DNA of 64,000 nucleotides. It comes from the human T2T-CHM13v2.0 reference genome, Homo sapiens. The stretch lies in assembly GCF_009914755.1 (NCBI RefSeq), contig NC_060936.1. One strand, written 5' to 3'. This document shows, piece after piece, positions 41,378 to 51,821 of the stretch. The first letter of the stretch is position 1. Every line of letters starts with the position of its first letter. The position numbers and the translations under genes were made by a program. The notes beneath the pieces were generated by a model. The model was not told where the DNA came from and did no database searches. It worked only from the letters and a program-made list of their open reading frames with translations.

Positions 41378-41853
41378 AAATCCAGTTTTTTAATTTGTCC
41401 TGGACAACACCACTCAGATTCAAAAGTCATGGGAGGAAAAGTTGGCCAAGTTCGTATCATGTGCCTGTGCCTTGGTTAGAGGAGGCAGGGCAAGTTGCAA
41501 CATCTCCTTTGCACTTTCCCCCTGCACTCTGCACCTTTCAGCTGACTGGAGTGGTGGATGCCCAAGGTGATCTTGGAAGCACATGTTAAAGATGGAGGAG
41601 ACTCACTTAGCCTGGGGCCCCACAAGATCACGTGGAGCAGAACGTTCTGCCTCCTCATGCCTTGTCTATTGCATGAATGAGACACAAACTCCTTGGAGTT
41701 GAGCTATTGATTCTGTGGCCCATTCATTACAGCAGCTTGATCTACCTTAAGCAATAAATGCTGTTACTAAAATACGTGTGAGCAGTGGCTCAGTGGCCAG
41801 AAAACAGCAAGTATCCACTATACTCACAGAAAAGAAACGAAAGTGAACCTTTA

Positions 41854-42199
41854 GGCCAGGCGTGGTGGCTCATGCCTGTAATCCCAGCAGTTTGGGAGGC
41901 CGAGGCAGGTGGATGACTTGAGGTTGGGCGTTCAAGATCAGCCTGGCCAACATGGTGAAACCTTGTCTCTACTCAAAATATAACAATTAGCCGGGCATGG
42001 TGGCGCACACCTGTAATCCCAGCTACTCGGGAGGCTGAGGCACGAGAATTGCTTGAACCCAGGGAGGCAGAGCTTGCAGTGAGTTGACATCATGCCACTG
42101 CCCTCCAGGCTGGGCGCCAGAGCAAACTCTGTTGGAAGAAAGAGAGAAAGAGAGAGAGAGAGGAAGGAAGGAAGGAAGGGAGGGAGGAAGGGAGGAAGG
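41854..42199 (+). mobile_element. AluS with tail converted to GA/GGAA repeats
   Basis: Alu body to ~42132; TSD GAACCTTTA at 41845-41853 and 42200-42208. Confidence 0.93.
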
Positions 42200-42595
42200 G
42201 AACCTTTAAACTCACTTGCATCAAAGTACCATGCTTCGTGTAGTTCATTGTGTTAGGAAGAATTTGTCCGATTTGGGAGCTGGAAGACCCAGCTTCTCAG
42301 GTGTCATCTGTAGCAGGTCACATGTAACCCAGGTAGATGAACCTAAAAGGCGCTAACTACGGATATCACTGGGTTCTCTCTTCCACATCCTCCCCACCTC
42401 CCCAGCTGGTCTGTGAATTCTAGTGAATCCTGACTAACGGGGCTGTTATCTCGGCTAAGCATTCTGATTCTCCTCTGGGCACATGATTTTGCCTAATCCA
42501 GTGATAACAGAAGCTAAAGGATTTACACACCTTTTCCCTTGCCCTTGAGGTTACTAAAAAAACATAACTCAGGAAACTTGGCCCCACTGGGGAGC

Positions 42596-42671
42596 TGACA
42601 CTCTGACACAGAGACACAAGACCTTTTTGAAAGCTTGTGGGAAAATCAGAAAGAGAAACGGCTGGCCCGTG
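42596..42671 (+). repeat. Local duplicate A, upstream copy
   Basis: Matches 43965-44036 with 4 substitutions and one 4-bp indel. Confidence 0.93.
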
Positions 42672-42959
42672 CGAGCATTCCAAGCCCAAATACTATAATG
42701 AATTTTGCACACATCAGTGGGTTCTGACTCTGTTGCCAATTAAACCCTCTGTGGGGGGGATGCAGTCCACTTAATCTTCCCTGCCAAAGACACAATCCCC
42801 CCCCCCCAAATACCGCAGTGATGGAGGCAGGGGGCCGTGAAAACCATGCTGTGAAGACAACCCAAATTCTACCTACTTTTCCAAAGTTTTGTCATTGCCG
42901 ACTCTGCGCATCGGTAAGAAATGACCAGATAAACTGAAAGGAATGAGCCTCTCACTTAC

Positions 42960-43065
42960 CTTTTTTGACAGAAGTTGGAGTCTGTGTATTTAAAATGCCC
43001 GAAAATGAACAGTCCAGCCCCACACAGGGTAGGTGTCTTGTGTGATAAGAACTCAAAGGGAGCTT
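42960..43065 (-). other. Candidate 106-nt internal exon of a minus-strand transcript
   Basis: Acceptor TAAC...TCCCCTTCCTTATCATTTCAG| and donor AAG|GTAAGT on the minus strand. Confidence 0.4.
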
Positions 43066-43482
43066 CTGAAATGATAAGGAAGGGGATCGGGAGTTACCGG
43101 CGTTACGGCATGAAGTGTCGCTAACAATGTCATTCAGAATCAAAAGGTGGCTGAGTTTTCTTTCTTTCTTCCTTTCATAAATAATACTAGCCAACAGATT
43201 ATAAAGTCAAAAATTATATTTAAAACAATCCTCTTTAGAAACCCAGATTAATAAAAAAAACAGTGGCCCCAAGTTTAGCGACTGTGCTGAGCTAGGGGCA
43301 AACTGATCATACAGAAAAGCCGTGCTTTGGAAACAGGGCATTCTGGCTCCATGGCAGCCCTGCCCTGGGCTGGGCACCGGCAGCCACAGAGCCGCAAATT
43401 TCCAGCCTGTAAAATGCAGACAGTAATTCACAGACACTGTGATGCTTCTGGCACATTGACTGTGGGCTTATCACTGTGAGCT

Positions 43483-43580
43483 GCCATCCTCATTATAACA
43501 AGGATGTTTAAACAGCATTCCGCTGCATTTCGTATGAGAACTTAGTTAACTAACTCCCTTTGCTTGTAGAGAAGTGTCTA
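43483..43580 (+). repeat. Local duplicate B, upstream copy
   Basis: Matches 45726-45820 with 7 substitutions and 2 indels. Confidence 0.93.
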
Positions 43581-43740
43581 TGGTTGGCCTGGTAAAGTCT
43601 GACAGAAAAGAAATAAAGATTAACCAGCTTTCTATAGTATTGCTGTTTACACATGCATAAGAAATTTCATAATTATTTTATTCATCGCTCATGACAACCC
43701 TATGAGGATGGTAGAACGGGTATCTTTTCTGTATTTTCTC

Positions 43741-43827
43741 TTTACAGAGGAGAAAACTGATTATATATGATACTCATTATGCATATATGATTATATATTA
43801 TATGTAATCAGTTTTCTCCTCTGTAAA
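43741..43827. repeat. Perfect 23-bp inverted repeat with 41-nt AT-rich spacer, at the end of a MIR fragment (~43640-43760)
   Basis: TTTACAGAGGAGAAAACTGATTA (43741-43763) / TAATCAGTTTTCTCCTCTGTAAA (43805-43827). Confidence 0.95.
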
Positions 43828-43847
43828 ATATTTTTACATGTATTATC

Positions 43848-44118
43848 TATGTGTGTATATATGTGTGTTTATATGTGTATGTATGGGTGCATGTGTATGT
43901 GTGCATGGGTGTATAATATTTGTGCGTGCATGTACCTACATGTGTGCACATGTGTGTATATGCATGACACTCTAACACAGAGACACAAGATCTTTTTGAA
44001 AACTTGTGGGAAAATCAGAGAAACGGCTGGCCTGTGAATGTGTATGTGTGCATGAATGTATAATGGATGTGTGTGTACCTTCATGTGTGCACGTGTGTGT
44101 ATAACACACACACATATA
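43848..44118. repeat. Degenerate (TG/TA)n tract split by duplicate A
   Basis: Direct reading. Confidence 0.85.
43965..44036 (+). repeat. Local duplicate A, downstream copy
   Basis: TGACACTCTAACACAGAGACACAAGATCTTTTTGAAAACTTGTGGGAAAATCAGAGAAACGGCTGGCCTGTG. Confidence 0.93.
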
Positions 44119-44149
44119 CCAAGGTCAAGTAGACAATAGTAGTGGTAAC

Positions 44150-44680
44150 CACTTATTCACTGAACCAATAATGTTTGAGCTGAAACTTTCAAAATGAGTA
44201 AAACTGTCACGAGAGAGCACTCCAAACCAGAAACCAAATATGGAAGACATAGCATTCATACAACCCAGTGTAAAACTCTGTAAAACTCTAGTGACAACGA
44301 ACAAAAGGCAAGTTAGAACAGGAAGAAAGTGCTTGCAGGGTGTGTCACTGGCAAAGGCTTCGGACACAGATGTCTAATGTGCTCCAGTGAACCAGGAAGA
44401 AAAAGAAAAGCAACCCCAAACCAAAATAGGCAAGAGTATAAACAGGCAAAACGCTGAGGAGAAAGTACAGGCGCCCAGTCAGTATTCCACTTTTCAGATT
44501 GGGGAGGATGTGAACGTCTAAGAACAGCCCCCGGTGTGAGAGAGTACGTGGGAACTCCTGCCGCGCAGGCACGGGGATGGGTCCCAGCAAACGCACGGTG
44601 TATTTCCAGGTGTAAATCGCCCACACTCTGACCCAGAAACAACCCCTTCTGTTCAGTACCCCAGAGGTGTGCCCAGGGAG
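44150..44680 (+). mobile_element. Highly diverged L1ME-like fragment
   Basis: ATACAACCCAGTGTAAAA...AAAATAGGCAAGAGTATAAACAGGCAA...CTCTGACCCAGAAAC. Confidence 0.5.
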
Positions 44681-45725
44681 GCCTGTGCTTGGATTTTCTG
44701 AACCTGAGAAGGTCTGAGAATGCTGGGGGCTGGGTCTTGATGGGGAGATGGGGAGTTATGGGTGCGCGGTGCAGGGACGCGGAGATGGGGAGGATTTTGA
44801 AGAAAGAATCGACAGACGTGCATTTAGAAAGATGACTCTGTGCCATGTGAAAGACAGATTGACAGAAGAAAGGCTGAAGACCTGAGAACGCTGAGTATAG
44901 GACAGGGGAGTAGATTCTACTGGGAGGCAGGAGAACAGCTGGAGTGGTCTAGGGTGACAGCGAGTCCATCCATTGACTGGGTTTCCTAGCTGCAAGCAGC
45001 AGAGGCCGGCTCTGACTAAGCGTCAGAGTTACTCATTAAAATGATATTGGTAGAGCTGGAAACCCAGGCCTCAGACTGAGCTTCCCAGAACAATGCCCGA
45101 AGCCACACAGCTGACCTGGCCGGATGAGAAGGCGCTACCTCTGTGCTGCCCCAAAGAGCACTAAAGAAAACCATCAGCTGCCAGGAAGTCTGCCTGGCAA
45201 ATGTCATGGCCCCTGGAAGCCGGCTGCCTCTGCAGCCACCTGGCCAGCAAACTGCCCCCAGCCCACGCCTCCTGTCTCCGATTGCTCTCGCTTCCAAATC
45301 AGAGTCATGGACGTATGGGATAGGTGGGTGCTCGGTCGTAAGCCCCATGCCCCAGCGGCAGGAGAAGCTGGGTATTCCAGCGTTGGAGGCACTCTCTTGG
45401 GGAGAGGGGACTCCCAAGGCTGGCAGGCTCTCAAATGTAGTAAGAGTGTGCAAAAGGTGTATGACAAGTGCCCTTTCCAGACAGTGGGAAGTCAGGGGGT
45501 GCCGTTAGGCAGGAGCCAGAGAACTCCAACCTCCACGGGAGGGAAGATGGCAGGTCTGGTGCCAGCACCCCTAGCCCAAGGAGCCAGGGACCTCCAGGAG
45601 AAATGCACAGCAGAAGGTCACAGGACGCAGGGCTGGGCATCGTTAAGAGCCAAGTGGAGGCTGAGTCATGGGTGTGGACGAGACAGGCCAGGAGGGGCAC
45701 AGAGAAAGACGATCAGGCCAGGGCC

Positions 45726-45820
45726 GCCATCCTCATTATAAACAAGGATGTTTAAACAGCACGGCCCTGCATTTCCTATGAGGACTTAACTAACTCCCTT
45801 TGCTTGTAGAGAAATGTCTA
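45726..45820 (+). repeat. Local duplicate B, downstream copy
   Basis: GCCATCCTCATTATAAACAAGGATGTTTAAACAGCA...ACTAACTCCCTTTGCTTGTAGAGAAATGTCTA. Confidence 0.93.
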
Positions 45821-47935
45821 CATTTCTGGGAAGGTGCTGGGAAGGCCTGTAGCAGGGAGATGGGGCCCCAAGCAGGTCTGAGAAGGAGAGGTGGTAGGTG
45901 GTGCAGTGGTGAGCACAGCAGAGCAGGGAGAAGACTCTGGAGAAAGAGAATGCAGCAAGCCAGCCTCCTGGGAAGCCATCTTCTTCCAGGGCTGCTTCCT
46001 GGGCAGCCGTATGTAGGCCTCTGATTTCCATTCCTAAATGGTAATGCTAGTGATTTCTTTGAGCTGGTGGGGTAGGGTGAGAGGGCTCTTGAGCAAGGGA
46101 GAGGAGCTTGGTTTTCAGCACAGAGCCTTGTCCTTGGAAACGAAGGCTCGGCTGCAGGCGATCATAAGCACCCCTCAGCTGCATGAAAGGTCAGGATTGA
46201 CATTGTCACTACTACTGCTCGGGAACACACAAGATAAGCAGACTCTTTCCCTGGCATTTCTGGGTCTTATATTCGATTGCATTGTTTTAGAGAGTAGGGC
46301 TTGTGGGCCTACCTGAGCTGCAGTCCGGGTCTCCATCCGCAGCCCTGATGACTCAGCACCAACATTGGAGAATTCCCCGTTCTGCAGAAAGACATGGGTC
46401 GCCAGGACAGCTGGGCCTGCTTCCCTCACTGCTCCCTGACTCAGGATGCGATGGGCAGGTGCCCAGCCTGTAGCCCACCCTTAAGAGTGTGTGAATCACC
46501 ACCCTGGCGTGGGCTATGCAGCCAGATGGAGTGGGCTTCTATTTTGGCCTTTCTCTTCCCAGCAGTGTGATCCTGAGTTTTCGTCTTGGACCTTAGTGTT
46601 CTCAACTGTGAAATGGGACAGTAATGGCACTGCGGTCTGTGGTTGCCAGAGGGAGCGTGTGAGTCCATGGGTCTGGCTAGGACACAGCCTGGCACGTCAG
46701 ACTCCATAACATTAACAGTCAGTCATCAGATTAGGGAGGGAGATGGAGCTGAAAGAAGGGACTCCAGGGCGGCTTGGGGTTTTAGCAGGGCCCTCTGCCC
46801 TCCCCTCTGCCCCCACGCTTCCCTGCACGAGGGCTTTTTGCTTCCACCCAGAGGTGCAGGGGGTGACTCCCGCCCCTTCACTCAAATGCCCCCAGGAGCC
46901 TCATTGCTCTCTGGTCACCTGCCGGAAGCAGGGGGAGAGGCCGGGAGACTCCGGAGCACGTCAGACCTAAGCCCAGAGCCCAGGAGGGCCACCTGCTTTG
47001 AGGCGGCCAGGGGGTATTGCTGCTCAGACCCAGGGGCCTCTGTGGAGGGTCTGGGTGGCCCTGGGGGCAGCTCCAGGCTACCTGTGCCGGGTTTTCACTT
47101 TGACAATGAGAGGAGGGTGCCTTGGAGGTGATTGGAAGCCAGCATGTGTCACCCAGCCCTGCAGAGAAAGGAATCACAGCAGACAGCCCTGCCCAGCCGA
47201 GAAGAAGAGCTTGGGCTAGCCAGGAAAAGAAGAGGCCAAATCCCAGCCTTCTAGCAAAGGTGCAGAAGCTTCCAGCATGTCTTCCCTTTTCTCTGCTCTT
47301 CTTCACTTGTCCACATCTTCCGGGCAGTCAGGGGAGACAGCAGGGAAGGTTCTCCCACTCCCACCCCACCCCAGAGCCCCGAATTTCCCATTACTATTTT
47401 GCTAAGGGATGAGATGTAGCTTCACTTCCTTCCTCGCCACCAAGGGAAGGGACAGGACGTTCGCTGCTCCCCCAGTCAAAGCTGGGGCTGTGCTCCTCTG
47501 CCTCGCTCGCTCACTGGCTTTCAAAGGCCGTTTGCTTTATTTTATGTGCGTTTCCTGTGCTGCTCACATTTTCCTGCCTTTGTCTTTCATGTCCAAACTG
47601 CAGAGATTCACGGGGACAGATTATAACTTTCTTCCGAGGTGAGATCAAAGGCTCTGTGAGAGGCCTGCTTGTCTTTTTCTGGCAAAGCAAACTTCCCCAC
47701 ATCTGTTCTGGCCGGCTCCACTAGGAAAAAAAAAAGCTATCAGGGTGCTGCAGAAGTCAGGACAACTTCCCAGGGATGATTCTCAGCTCCCGCCCTGGAT
47801 GTCACAGTTTAGCTACAGAAACCGAGTGGCCCAAATATCTGGAGGCTGAAGATAAATTGACAAAGAGGCGGGCCGCGCACGCTCTCACGCTTCGGCAGCT
47901 CAGATACCTGTTACCTGGCGTTAATTGCATTTACA

Positions 47936-47978
47936 GCGGGAGAGAGAGCTTGGGCTCTCACCAGGTACCAATTGCACG
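47936..47978 (+). repeat. Local duplicate C, upstream copy
   Basis: 42/43 identical to 49626-49668. Confidence 0.93.
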
Positions 47979-48279
47979 TGTGTGTTTAACTTTTTATGGA
48001 GACTTTTATTAACTTTTCATTCTGGAAATGCATGCATATCCTCCCTGTGCAGCTTGGAAAAGTGTTCACAGCGTGAACGCCCGTGTCACCAGCGCTCAGC
48101 TCAACACACAGAAGATCACCCATCCTCAGGAAGCTGCTTCTGTGCCCCAGCTTGTTTACTGAGTGTTTGCATAAAATATTCACTGATTCATGAGTGTGGG
48201 TCAGTAATAAAAGCCACTCCACGTTGTTATTCCAAAGAGGAGTGAGTTTATCCCCAAGATTAGTTCTAGAGTCCCTGGA

Positions 48280-48281
<2 letters not shown>

Positions 48282-48328
<47 letters not shown>
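48282..48328. repeat. (GA)n microsatellite, about 20 units
   Basis: Direct reading. Confidence 0.95.
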
Positions 48329-49019
48329 TTTGAGAAAAAAGAAAAGAGCTTTCTCTCTTTCTGTCTCTCAAGTCAAGGACACAGACCTGGTAGAAAAGGC
48401 CTTGCTTTTTCAATTACCCAGGTTCTTGGTGCCCACACGAGGAGTAAATGCTATTGTTTTGACTTTCTCCACCCGACAGGCCAGTCGCCACAGGAAGGAG
48501 GAGAAGCCCAGCCCAGCTGGCTGCTCAATGTGGCACCTTCATCGTCTGCCTACTGGCTCACTCACCTCCTCCTGCTACCTTTGATCTGGGTGGCGCTTCT
48601 GCTCTCAGCCAGGGAAATGATAGTGTGGTTAAGCAGCACTGTTAGGGGCCTGGGTCCCGGGCTGGGACCAACCTCCCCACACCCAGAGGGTGCTTTCCTC
48701 CTAGCTCGGGCCCTGATATACACCAGGTCTACAAAAGTACGGCGTTGAGCCGTGTCGATCCAGGTGATGCTTTAAATATTTTCCAGCAAGGCTGTGAACG
48801 GTAAAAAGAGAATTCAGAAGCTGGCTGAGAGCTGGCCTGGGCAGCTGGCATCAACGTGTGCCCACCTTGTGCCAGGCTCTTTAAGTGCATGATGGCACTT
48901 CCCCTCACGTTGACTCCGTAAGGAAGGCAGGATCACACCAGCTGGAGATGATGAGAATCTTGAGGCTCCGAGAGGTGGCGGGGACCTCGTTAGCATGACA
49001 CAGCTGCAGGTGACCAGGA

Positions 49020-49520
49020 AGCCCACAAAAAGCTGCTCAGCATCATCAGAGAAGTGGAAATGAAAACCACCCTGAGGCGGTGGAAGCAATTGAAGGCCCA
49101 CCACTGACGCGTGGACAGATCGGCCGCACTCCATCCGTCCAGTGGCGTAAGACTCAGCCATAAAGAGGGGCGAGGCGCTGGCACAGGCTAAAGCACGGAG
49201 GAGCCTCGGAAACACGACGCTGCGCGGAAGAAGCCACGCACACATGGCCGTGTATTGCGTGATTCCACGGATGTGACACGTCCAGAACAGGCAAGTCCTC
49301 GCGAACAGAAAGCACACTAGTGTTTGCCGGGGGCTGGTGGGTGGGGCAATGGGGAGTGACTGCTTACAAGGTGTGGGATTTCCTTTTGGGGATATGAAGA
49401 TGTTTTGGAACTAAATAGAAATGATGGTTGACCAACATGGTGGATGTCCTCAATGCCACTGAATCATACACTTTTAAATGGTTAATTTTCTGCTGTGTAA
49501 ATTCTATCTCAGTAAAAACA
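49020..49520 (+). mobile_element. L1MB-type 3' end, internally deleted; 5' part GC-enriched
   Basis: Colinear with the L1MB at 918-1330; ATGCCACTGAATCATACACTTTTAAATGGTTAATTTT terminus. Confidence 0.8.
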
Positions 49521-49625
49521 TATGTAAATCAAAAAGAGAGAGAGAAAAAACCATACTGCGATGCCCTTTGACACACTAGAATGGCTAAAATGCAAAAGGC
49601 TGACAGCACCAAAGGCCGGTGGGAG

Positions 49626-49668
49626 GCGGGAAAGAGAGCTTGGGCTCTCACCAGGTACCAATTGCACG
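49626..49668 (+). repeat. Local duplicate C, downstream copy, inside L1
   Basis: GCGGGAAAGAGAGCTTGGGCTCTCACCAGGTACCAATTGCACG; GGGAGGC on both sides. Confidence 0.93.
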
Positions 49669-49718
49669 GGGAGGCTGTGCTCACACATGCCTGGCAGGAG
49701 TGGAAAATCCGTAAGTGC

Positions 49719-50126
49719 TGTACCAGGTCATCAGGGCTACCGTCAAAAAGGACCACAGGCTGGGCAGCTGAAACAACAGACATTCATTCTCTCACAGTTC
49801 TGGAGGCTGGACGTCCAAAGTCAAGGGCGACTTCCCCTGAGGCCTCTCGCGTGACTTGCAGATGAAGTCTGCTCCCTGTGTCCTCACGTTGCCGCCCCTC
49901 TGTGCGTGTCTGCATCCTCATCTCCTCTTTAAAAAGACAATTTATGGATTGTCTTTTTAAAGACAATTTATGGATTGTCCTATGGGATAAGGGCACAACC
50001 TAAGACCTCATTTTAACTTAATTACCTCTATAAAGACCCTATCCCCAAATATGGTCAGATTCTGAGATACTGGAAATTAGGACTTCAACATCTGAATTTT
50101 GAGGGAACCCAATTCAGTCCATAGCA
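49719..50126 (-). mobile_element. MLT1 (B-like) LTR
   Basis: AAACAACAGACATTCATTCTCTCACAGTTCTGGAGGCTGG...TTAGGACTTCAACAT...AATTCAGTCCATAGCA. Confidence 0.85.
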
Positions 50127-50498
50127 GCCACTTTGAGAAATCGCTTGCCAAGTCAAACGCATACTTACCATACAACCTATCGGTTCCACTCCTGGTATTG
50201 ATCCCAAGAGAAATGAAACATATCACCAAAGACTTATACATGAATGTTCAAAGCAGTTTTATTTACAATAGTCCCAAACTGGGGACCACCCCAATGTCCA
50301 GCAGCTGCTGAATGGACATAACTCGTGGTATGCGCATACAAGGGAACAGAGCTCAGAAGTTAAAAAGGAATGAACGACTGCTTCACTCCAAAACACAGGT
50401 GAATCCCAAAGACACCGTGTTAAGAAAGCCAGGCTCACAAGAATTCATGCAGTATGACTCTATTTTTATGAACTTCTGGGACAGGCAAAACTAATCTA

Positions 50499-51240
<742 letters not shown>

Positions 51241-51385
51241 AGGTTATGTAGCAGGTAAGAGGTAAAATTCAGTTCTGCCTGCCCAAAAACTCATAGTTTG
51301 TGTCCTTTTTTGGTCCTTTTAAAGCCTGTTTTCCTGAAACAAAATATAGGACACCATGACTATCATTTTTCAAAATATTTCTCAC

Positions 51386-51754
51386 TGTATCAGTTCATTT
51401 TCATGCTGCTGATAAAGACATACCCGAGACTGGGCAATTTACAAAAGAAAGAGGTTTAATTGGACTCACAGTTCCATGTGGCTGAGGAAGCCTCACAATC
51501 ATGGTGGAAGGCAAGGAGGAGCAAGTCACGTCTTATGTGGATGGTGGCAGGCAAAGAGAGAGCTTGTGCAGGGAAACTCCTGTTTTTAAAACCATCAGAT
51601 CTCATGAGACTCATTCACTATCATGAGAAGAGCACAGGAAAGACCCATCCCAATATTCCATCACCTCCCACTGGGTTCCTACCATGACATGTGGAAATTG
51701 TGGGAGTTACAATTCAAGATGAGATTTGGGAGGAGACACAGCCAAACCATAACA
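51386..51754 (-). mobile_element. THE1 (A/B/C-like) solo LTR
   Basis: GCTGCTGATAAAGACATACCCGAGACTGGG...CAGCCAAACCATAACA; perfect TSD CTCAC at 51381-51385 and 51755-51759. Confidence 0.93.
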
Positions 51755-51821
51755 CTCACCAGCTCTCCGAAATGACCCCTGGCATGCAGGCATTCACTCA
51801 CTCACTAGTTCACTCAGGTAG

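Noticed and set aside
42134-42200. GGAA repeats as an EWS-FLI1-type element or G-quadruplex
   Set aside because: Only about four consecutive GGAA units; this is a mutated Alu tail.
46353-46372. REST/RE1 half-site TCAGCACC
   Set aside because: The right half GGACAG is missing at the canonical spacing.
45016-47412. Overlapping 140-205 aa ORFs
   Set aside because: GC-rich chance ORFs on both strands with no recognisable domain.
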